Below, piece by piece: positions 10,501-17,238 of a stretch of 25,003 nucleotides of DNA (within the stretch, counting starts at the first letter, position 1; the number at the start of each line of letters is the position of its first letter). Position numbers and translations under genes: made by a program. The stretch comes from a virus (Duplodnaviria; Caudoviricetes), in IMG/VR virus record IMGVR_UViG_3300042891_000381, positions 1 to 25,003 of that record; one strand, 5' to 3'. Under the pieces are notes generated by a model. That model ran no database searches. It was not told the origin of the DNA and saw only the letters and a program-made list of their open reading frames with translations.

Positions 10501-11524
10501 ACTTATTGTAACAAAAGACAAAGAATTTAAAATTTTAAATGGCGTTCCTTCACTAACACCGAAAGAGCCAATTGAAAACGAAGATTCAATGGCGATATAC
10601 ACGCTGTATATTCCACCATACACAGCTTCGTTGCAGTCAATCGATCTGAAGTATATCGACAATCGTCGTTATACGATGAAAGATATTTCTGTTATGGATA
10701 AGAGATTGGCTGAAGTTGAAAACTTTATTGCACTAAAACAATCTGAGCAGGATTTAATCCAGGATCCACCTAAATCACCAATTACACCAGAAGTGAACAA
10801 ACCAATTTATGGAACATTGGTAGATGAGTTTAATGACCTAACAATCGCTGACACCAATAACGATTTCGCGTGTTCAATTGAGAACGGCAAACTTTCAGCA
10901 TATAAGAATATCACAACTTTCTCGCTAAAACCAGCAACAACTGGAAATAATATTCGCGATAAATTTGTAACGATTCCATATACAGAATCATCTTTTGCTG
11001 AGCAGAAACTATCTACAACTGGCGCAAGTGAAACTGTACAGTCAACAATGATTGCTAAATTTGAAGGATTCGTAACGCTTACACCAGAAAGCGATTATTT
11101 TTACTCGCTAGAGCATCAACCATATATCACTGATTCTATTGGTCGATACTTCGAATTGCGTCAAACACAAACAACACCAGCTTCTTCATTAACTGATAAT
11201 GTTATTGAGACAATTGGTGGCGGTGGATATTACTCTACGACATATTATGATTCAGTTATTTCTGGTAGAAATTCGCCAATTTCAGTGAGTTCAACCGTAT
11301 CAGTTCCTCATTATGCTGGTCCAGCATCTGACATAGATCCAAGGGTGACACAACAACTAGATATTAATTTAGCTGGTGTTGCTCCAGAAACGTTCTTAAA
11401 CTCAACTTGGGCTGGAACGCAACGAGGATTTGGACAATCTGCTGTGGAAAACATCTTTACTCCTGACTGGACTCAAGATGGATTCTTAACTGCGCAAAGT
11501 TTCGGTAAATTTGACGACTTTTAA
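7595..11524 (+). CDS. Large virion structural protein, VrlC/DUF4815-like, N-terminal part
   Basis: 1309 aa. N-terminal FNASPYWDDF...RILFRPGFAVQARELTQIQSILQNQI, then APGAHRY, ARRTYDESGNY, EPGKAYVKGFE, YYLPRIDKL and NRRYTMKDI. SD-like AAGGTG upstream. Confidence 0.8.
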   Translation: MADFNASPYWDDFEATNGALEKNYMRILFRPGFAVQARELTQIQSILQNQIKQFGDHIFQDGSPVIGGHLTLDTSINYVKLNPQFAGNDIDLEDFFGLTVFNSGAPKTRAKVIQTYSTTADRTLMIKYLRGTSFTSGQTISTAGGNSANVTTTAPTGTGSVVSINQGVFYVDGYFVTVAPQTIVLEPYSSTPTYRVGLEIDEEIVTESVDNALLDPAQEAFNYQAPGAHRYQFSLVLAKRTLDSVDDSRFFELLRVENGVITRQVSYPIYSELEKTFARRTYDESGNYAVKPFRVNITANTPIGQSENTSTFIINVEPGKAYVKGFEFETIGTRKISADRARNYKSSKDYNLSVYYGNRIQLANVQGSTTNGIIFSDNLDEVDIHCVANNQVDLSSGESSKYYATRIGTAKLRNLDRTSSASIYYAYLTDVNYNPFISMTGAQSPNVTSVNLGSHFSSTNDAYVGGTVTMIDQISGEYGIITNYNGTTKVAVLDRQLSQTIVVNQRFSLSMPVSTSESIMVANTTSLTSANLQANVSSTSKDILGSASIQDTSFNRMVFELPNYYIRYNSDLSVDLYRKKIIKNQSFTTNGALTLALTGSETYDFGVNGSVVSDADLIENIIVVPTTGTTPGRIVDLTAGAANVKRTTSQSIDICTDSASGTDFTGDVYVTVKITNANGSFRRNKTLVQSNSALTAGDTLSSSDPVLGYTDVELNTSNGIAWYTSSSVIARVPGEKQSLFVSDVVKIKKIYDSGDITQIPSTTNMIDITDRYTFDSGQTDNYYDHAAIILKPGASAPKGQTAVLFDYYTHTGTGYLSAKSYDSTIYDEEKIPVYKSISGKNYNLRDCIDLRPFREPGTSVTPYSTAPVDARVNVASGGTLVQSNTALSSNILTPPIVTGSIIKIGNDYRTVNSVINLTAVTVSSSFSASSTNTAINMVFQNYDFNGSIIQRPTDPMELDYDYYLPRIDKLIVTKDKEFKILNGVPSLTPKEPIENEDSMAIYTLYIPPYTASLQSIDLKYIDNRRYTMKDISVMDKRLAEVENFIALKQSEQDLIQDPPKSPITPEVNKPIYGTLVDEFNDLTIADTNNDFACSIENGKLSAYKNITTFSLKPATTGNNIRDKFVTIPYTESSFAEQKLSTTGASETVQSTMIAKFEGFVTLTPESDYFYSLEHQPYITDSIGRYFELRQTQTTPASSLTDNVIETIGGGGYYSTTYYDSVISGRNSPISVSSTVSVPHYAGPASDIDPRVTQQLDINLAGVAPETFLNSTWAGTQRGFGQSAVENIFTPDWTQDGFLTAQSFGKFDDF

Positions 11525-11547
11525 CACATTACTCAGGAATAACTAAT

Positions 11548-14478
11548 ATGGCTTGGAGAGATCAAGATTTTAGTCGCAATAGATGGGCGAGAGACGAAAA
11601 CGAATTAGGTGCGATTCCTTCGCGTCTTAATCGTGGTGGATTCTCCCTCACCGAAAGCGCAATTACAGGCGACACTGGTGAAGTTACTCCGATTGGGTTA
11701 AGTCCATTTATTCGTGAAAATGATATTAATTTCGCAGCCAGAAATTTAAAACCAGAAGCACTTGCAAATTTATTCTTTGATGCAACGCCAGTCAATCGTT
11801 TTGCGCAAAGAGCTTCTACTATCAACGTAAGTTCTTCAAGTGTATTGACAAGTGTTAAAGTCAACGAGGGAATTTATGCAACAACTTCTCGCGCATATGC
11901 TGAAGTTCTAGGAACATCAAGAACTGGAACACAAAATCTTATCTATGTAAACGATAACTTTATCACAATTAAGGTTACTAAAGGTGCTGGTTCTGCAGAT
12001 CTAGGCGCGAGCGATTATCGCGTTGACGATTTAGTGTACCAAACAGCAGCAGGAACCGCATTAACATTTACGATTTTCGATCCTAGCAGCATTCAGCCAA
12101 ACTTTAGTTTCCTGGGAAAAGTTAAGAAATGGGAAGTGTCAAGTGCAACAGTAGGTTATCTTGTAGTTGAACCTATACTTGGAAATCTAAAGACAACATT
12201 AAGCGATGCAGCTGCATACAATGTTTGGAATCTTTCTACCTTTATCGCAGATGCGCGCGAAGCAACTATTACTATGGCTAACAACAGATTCCAAAATAGT
12301 GAATCTATTGTTAATGCAACCAGCGGAGCATCAATTGGAACATTAAGTGGCGCCAATGCATACATTGCATTGTCCTCTTCAGTCACTGGTGCTAACACAA
12401 ATAATCTTCGTTCAATCGTTATATCGTCAAACAATACAACTCGCGACGGAATCAGTACCATTGTTGGTAACACAATCACTATTGTTTCTGGAACTAACAT
12501 GGGATTCAAAGCCAATGTTGTTGCAGTTGCAGCAAATACAGCAAATGGCTGGAACGAAGCAATTATCGATGCTAATTTACCAGAATTATGCACATCAAAT
12601 TCTGTATACTCCATCGGTGAGCAGAAAGTAGATGACGTTGGTTCTCTATTTGGTATCTTCCATATTCCATCTGAATCTAATTTAAAATGGTTAACTGGTG
12701 AGCGTGTATTTACAATTACCGACACCGCAACTCATAATGATAACGATTATAAGATGCGTGCAATTACCAAGTATACAGCTCTCGGTAAAACAAATACAGC
12801 GGAAAATGCTCGTAACTTTGTTCTTCGCGAACAAACGCCAAACACGCAACAAGCCGAAGCAAAAATTATCAATGAAACCACGAGCGTTAAAATCAACGAT
12901 CGTAAGTATATGGCACAAACTTTCTTTACACCAAAAGGCAATTCAATTGTCAACGGTCAAGTAAAGAATGCGTATGGCGTCTTTATGACTTCTGTTGATT
13001 TGTTTTTTAAAGAAAAACCAACTAACAACGATGAGTTGCTACCATTTACAGTGGCTATCTCAAAGGTTGAAAATGGTTTACCTTCTAACGACATTATAGC
13101 AGAAAGAACACTAGAGCCAGGATATATTAACACATCAACTAATCCAAGTTTATCAAACACATCAACGTTGACGAAGTTTACGTTTACGGATCCAGTGTAT
13201 TTGTTACCTGCAACAGAATACTGCATTAAATTAATCACCGAATCACCAGACTATCAAGTATGGACAGCCGAACTCGGTGGTGAATATACAGACGAAACAG
13301 GAAACAAGCGTCGTATTTCTGAGCAGCCATACGTTGGTAATTTCTTCAAGTCAATGAACGCATCAAACTGGAATCCGATCCTCAATCAGGATTTGATGTT
13401 CCGCGTAAATCGTGCTTCATTCGCAACGACACCATCAGAAGTTTACTTTAATCTTGTTCCGTCAAGGGACTTACAAAGCAATACTATTGCAGACTTAATC
13501 AAGATTCAAGTGACAGAACAACAATTCTCGCCAACAAGTGTGAACTTCGAAGTTGAGACATTCTTAACAGATGGTACTTCTGCTGGTTTCATTAAGATTG
13601 ATAATAATGAGATCTATAACTTCGGTAAAGATACTAATATTTCTAGCGCATCTGCAAAACGCAGAAGATTAATTCCAGCAGCGAATGTAAATGCTGTAAA
13701 TGTTAAAGTTACAATGGCAACATCTGACGATTCCGTAGCACCAATTATCAACCGCGAACGTTTTGCTGTTTACACACTACAAAATATTATCAACAATGCT
13801 GGTATTGCCAATAATCTAATTTCTATTACAAATAGCGGAAGTCATGCAAATGCCGCTAACATTGCTGTTACAATCAGTAATCCTGATGTTGGTTCTAATA
13901 GAGCAACAGCCAATGTCTTGCCTTCAATGCTATCAAGTGGTAAGGTTACTGGAATTAATATAATTAATCCTGGTGCTGGATATTTCACATCACCAACAGT
14001 TTCTATATCAGAAGCAGCTGCAACGTCAAACGCAACAGCAATTGTTAATGGCGAAACAGACATATCTGGTGGTAATATTATCGGTGGTAAATACCAAACT
14101 AAGATTGTCACGCTCGAAGATGGATTTGATGCTGGCGATCTGATTGTCCGTATGAATGCAATCAAACCGCAAGGAACAAATATTGCTGTATACTTTAAAG
14201 TGCTATCAGCTTTAGATTCTGATCCTTTTGTAACGAAGAAGTGGCAGAAGATGAGACTAGTGAAAGAATATACTTCGCCAGATCAGGTTAAAACAGTTCC
14301 ACTAGAATTCCGATACACCTTGGATAAGGGATCTATTACATACTTTGATGGTGCAAGAACGCTACCACTCGGCGGCAAATTTAAATATTTTGCTGTAAAG
14401 ATTCGCTTGACAGCCGAAGATCCAACAGTGGTTCCAGCTGTTGAGTCTCTCAGAGTTGTTGCTGTTCCAGGTGGTTAA
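11548..14478 (+). CDS. Large virion structural protein resembling the C-terminal part of VrlC/DUF4815-like proteins
   Basis: 976 aa. Motifs PFIRENDINF..RNLKP, AQTFF, FMTSVDLFFKEKP, TKFTFTDPVYL, QPYVGNFFKSMNASNW..QDLMFRVNRASF and FKYFAVKIRL. SD AGGA upstream. Confidence 0.72.
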   Translation: MAWRDQDFSRNRWARDENELGAIPSRLNRGGFSLTESAITGDTGEVTPIGLSPFIRENDINFAARNLKPEALANLFFDATPVNRFAQRASTINVSSSSVLTSVKVNEGIYATTSRAYAEVLGTSRTGTQNLIYVNDNFITIKVTKGAGSADLGASDYRVDDLVYQTAAGTALTFTIFDPSSIQPNFSFLGKVKKWEVSSATVGYLVVEPILGNLKTTLSDAAAYNVWNLSTFIADAREATITMANNRFQNSESIVNATSGASIGTLSGANAYIALSSSVTGANTNNLRSIVISSNNTTRDGISTIVGNTITIVSGTNMGFKANVVAVAANTANGWNEAIIDANLPELCTSNSVYSIGEQKVDDVGSLFGIFHIPSESNLKWLTGERVFTITDTATHNDNDYKMRAITKYTALGKTNTAENARNFVLREQTPNTQQAEAKIINETTSVKINDRKYMAQTFFTPKGNSIVNGQVKNAYGVFMTSVDLFFKEKPTNNDELLPFTVAISKVENGLPSNDIIAERTLEPGYINTSTNPSLSNTSTLTKFTFTDPVYLLPATEYCIKLITESPDYQVWTAELGGEYTDETGNKRRISEQPYVGNFFKSMNASNWNPILNQDLMFRVNRASFATTPSEVYFNLVPSRDLQSNTIADLIKIQVTEQQFSPTSVNFEVETFLTDGTSAGFIKIDNNEIYNFGKDTNISSASAKRRRLIPAANVNAVNVKVTMATSDDSVAPIINRERFAVYTLQNIINNAGIANNLISITNSGSHANAANIAVTISNPDVGSNRATANVLPSMLSSGKVTGINIINPGAGYFTSPTVSISEAAATSNATAIVNGETDISGGNIIGGKYQTKIVTLEDGFDAGDLIVRMNAIKPQGTNIAVYFKVLSALDSDPFVTKKWQKMRLVKEYTSPDQVKTVPLEFRYTLDKGSITYFDGARTLPLGGKFKYFAVKIRLTAEDPTVVPAVESLRVVAVPGG

Positions 14479-14481
14479 TAT

Positions 14482-14694
14482 ATGAAATTGAAGATTCAAG
14501 GAACTAAATTTTCTCGTGACCTAAACAATATGGCTGTATTGTGTAATGACAAATCAGAAGTCACAAGATATGAATCTGAGATGAGGAAATATAGAGAAAA
14601 TCAGATTAGAGATGAGGAAATAAATAAACTTAAGAACGAGATCTCAGAAATTAAAGAGATGCTTCAGATCTTGATCAGAGGACAAAATGGCTAA
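14482..14694 (+). CDS. Small hypothetical protein with C-terminal coiled coil
   Basis: 70 aa. The pattern KIQGTKFSRD....AV...EEINKLKNEISEIKEMLQIL resembles small ORFs I recall at this position in T4-like aquatic phages. It overlaps the next gene. Confidence 0.7.
   Translation: MKLKIQGTKFSRDLNNMAVLCNDKSEVTRYESEMRKYRENQIRDEEINKLKNEISEIKEMLQILIRGQNG
14619..14626 (+). promoter_or_regulatory. Possible T4-type late promoter (AATAAATA)
   Basis: One mismatch from TATAAATA, about 60 nt upstream of the fibre gene start at 14687. It lies inside an AT-rich CDS, so it could be chance. Confidence 0.35.
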
Positions 14695-17236
14695 CGCAAA
14701 TATATCTGTTATTGCAGTTACGAACACATTCGATGAATGGCGTACACGCACAAATGATCTGGTTGTAGATCGAAACATTCTTCGCAATCACCCATATGTA
14801 AAAGACAACTCTAATTTTACAATCGCCAATGGCGCTGTTGTTATTGACCGCTCTGGTGGTGGTACGCTGTTAACCGTTGGTTCTGGTGGTGATGCCATTG
14901 TTGGTGGTACAACAACCACATCAGATCTTATCGTAGGTGATGACGCTTCGGTCGCTAATCAATTATCTGTTACTGGTAACACAGTTATTACTGGTAATCT
15001 TGCTGTTTCTAAAAATACAACCATCTCTCAAAACGCAAATGTTACTGGAACTCTTAACGTTGTTTCAAGATTAGATGTTGTTGGTAACACACAATTATTT
15101 TCTAATCTAACAGTATCTCAAAATTCTACTTTATCTGGAACATTAGGAGTTACAGGAAACACTACACTTTCTTCTAATCTTGCAGTTTCTAAAAACACAA
15201 CAATTAGCCAAAACCTAGCAGTCACTGGAACTGCTGATGTTACTGGTGTTACAACATTAGGTAATACTCTAGATGTAACAGGTAACACTGCACTGTCAAG
15301 CAATTTGTCTGTATCTAAAAATACAGCGATCAGTCAAAACCTAGCAGTTACTGGCACAGCAGCAGTTACTGGGGCAACTACACTCAGCAATACATTAGAT
15401 GTAACTGGAAACACAACCCTTTCAAGTAATCTTGCTGTCTCAAAGAACACTACAATTAGCCAAAATCTAGCAGTTACTGGTACGGCAGCAGTTACTGGTG
15501 CAGTTACATTAAGTAACACATTAGATGTAACTGGAAACACAACGCTTTCAAGTAATCTAGCAGTTTCTAAAAATGCAACTGTCTCGCAAAACGCCACAAT
15601 TTCTGGTACTGCAAACGTAACTGGCGACTTCAAAGTTGGATCCGATAGATTTAATGTAACTGCATCTTCTGGTGATACAACTGTCGCTGGTGATTTAACT
15701 GTATCTGGTGGTGATATTACTTCTACTGCTACAGCAAATCTAGTTAATACAACAACCACAACTTTAAATTTCGGTGGCGCAGCAACTACACTCAATATGG
15801 GTGCATCTAGCGGAACTACAGACGTTAAAAATAATTTAAACGTCACAGGTGATCTTGATGTTGATGGCGGAGACATTACTTCCACTACTACAGCAAATCT
15901 ACTTAATACAACCACAACAACACTAAATTTTGGTGGTGCTGCAACTGCATTAAACATGGGTGCAGCTGCTGGTACAGTGACTGCTGCTGGTGATCTAGTT
16001 GTATCTGGTGGAGACATTACTTCTACTGCTACAGCAAACCTATTAAACACCACGACAACAACACTAAATCTTGGTGGCGCTGCTACAACAGTTGAGATTG
16101 GTGCTGCCTCTGGAACAACAAACATCAACAACAATCTCGATGTTGATGGTGATGTAAACATCGACGGTGGCGATTTAACTGTTTCAACTTCTGCATTTAA
16201 TCTTGCTAATACAACTGCAACAACGGTAAATTTTGCTGGTGCTGCTACGCAGCTAACGATGGGTTCGTTAGTCGGCACAACTAACGTAAGAAATGATTTA
16301 AACGTGGTTGGTGATATTGATGTTGATGGTGGAGATCTTACTGGTCCAGCAACTTTTAATCTTGGAAATACATCGACAACTGCATTAAATGTTGGTGGTG
16401 CTGCTGCTAATGTCGTTCTTGGTTCTCCAACTGGCACTGTAAATGTGCGCAATCAGTTGTATGTGACTGATAATGTGTATATTCCGCAAGGAAAAAACTT
16501 ATTCGCATATTATATTCAAACGTCGTCAACTGAATCGTTCTATATTGAACGTGGTAACGGTGTATTTAAAAACCTCAGTGTTTCAGGTACGTTTACATTA
16601 TCGCAACCATCAGTTACAACTTCTGATAGAATTATTCTAAACGAAGTTCCTACAGCAGCACGCGATGGCTATTTTACTGTTCGCCGTGGATCAGCAACTG
16701 CAAATGCCTCAGTGCAATGGTCAGAAACACTTGGTGTTTGGAGAGCAGGTGGTAGCGACGCAACTCTTAATACAATTATTACAATCGCCAATGTTGTTGA
16801 TTCGTTTACATCTACTAGCCTCGTTAATGTTCCAACTGCAAACTCAGTTCGTTGGGCACTGGCAAGCGGCACATTCGGTGGCACATTAAAGGCATACAAA
16901 GATTCTATCACTGAAGACACGAATGTTACAGGAAGTAAGACAGTAGATTTGTCAGTGTCAAACTGGTATAAACTAACACTCACCAGTACTGCTGGAAACA
17001 GACAAATTACATTTACCAATGCACCTACTTCTGGAACTGGATTTACAGTAACGCTAGTCATTCTTCAAGATGGAACTGGCAGTAAAACACCAACATGGGC
17101 TAACACAATTTACTGGGCAGGTGGGCAAGTTCCTCCTGCAACAACCAGCGCCAGCGCAAGAGATCTTTGGACGTTTACAACATATGATGGCGGATCGACA
17201 TTCATCGGAACACTTGCTGTTAAAGACGCGAGATAA
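14687..17236 (+). CDS. Tail fibre/spike-like protein with beta-repeat shaft and C-terminal domain
   Basis: 849 aa; SD GAGGA. N-terminal TNTFDEWRTRTN attachment-like motif, two families of Thr/Gly/Asn/Val repeats, and a C-terminal domain (TVDLS...LQDGTGSKTPTW..TIYWAGG..P....DLWTFTTYDGG) of a kind common at phage fibre ends. Confidence 0.78.
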   Translation: MANANISVIAVTNTFDEWRTRTNDLVVDRNILRNHPYVKDNSNFTIANGAVVIDRSGGGTLLTVGSGGDAIVGGTTTTSDLIVGDDASVANQLSVTGNTVITGNLAVSKNTTISQNANVTGTLNVVSRLDVVGNTQLFSNLTVSQNSTLSGTLGVTGNTTLSSNLAVSKNTTISQNLAVTGTADVTGVTTLGNTLDVTGNTALSSNLSVSKNTAISQNLAVTGTAAVTGATTLSNTLDVTGNTTLSSNLAVSKNTTISQNLAVTGTAAVTGAVTLSNTLDVTGNTTLSSNLAVSKNATVSQNATISGTANVTGDFKVGSDRFNVTASSGDTTVAGDLTVSGGDITSTATANLVNTTTTTLNFGGAATTLNMGASSGTTDVKNNLNVTGDLDVDGGDITSTTTANLLNTTTTTLNFGGAATALNMGAAAGTVTAAGDLVVSGGDITSTATANLLNTTTTTLNLGGAATTVEIGAASGTTNINNNLDVDGDVNIDGGDLTVSTSAFNLANTTATTVNFAGAATQLTMGSLVGTTNVRNDLNVVGDIDVDGGDLTGPATFNLGNTSTTALNVGGAAANVVLGSPTGTVNVRNQLYVTDNVYIPQGKNLFAYYIQTSSTESFYIERGNGVFKNLSVSGTFTLSQPSVTTSDRIILNEVPTAARDGYFTVRRGSATANASVQWSETLGVWRAGGSDATLNTIITIANVVDSFTSTSLVNVPTANSVRWALASGTFGGTLKAYKDSITEDTNVTGSKTVDLSVSNWYKLTLTSTAGNRQITFTNAPTSGTGFTVTLVILQDGTGSKTPTWANTIYWAGGQVPPATTSASARDLWTFTTYDGGSTFIGTLAVKDAR
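14970..15625 (+). repeat. Coding tandem repeats with a 42-aa (126-nt) period
   Basis: Unit TGNTTLSSNLAVSKNTTISQNLAVTGTAAVTGxxTLSNTLDV. The DNA ttagatgtaactggaaacacaac occurs at 15395 and 15521. Boundaries are approximate. Confidence 0.85.
15685..16450 (+). repeat. Second coding repeat family (GGDITST.TANLLNTTTTTLNFGGAAT.LNMGA..GT), about 5 copies
   Basis: Read directly from the translation. Unit length varies at around 45-55 aa; boundaries are approximate. Confidence 0.8.
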
Positions 17237-17238
17237 TT

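Noticed and set aside
1-14478. Bacterial contractile system (T6SS, tailocin or eCIS) rather than phage
   Set aside because: T4-type gp6/gp7/gp8, the VrlC-like protein and a TATAAATA late promoter point to a T4-like phage.
15334-16452. 372-aa minus-strand ORF and other antisense ORFs (e.g. 3372-4040, 12156-12725, 16669-17061)
   Set aside because: They are shadows of + strand genes with biased, repetitive codons, and show no recognisable motifs or independent expression signals.
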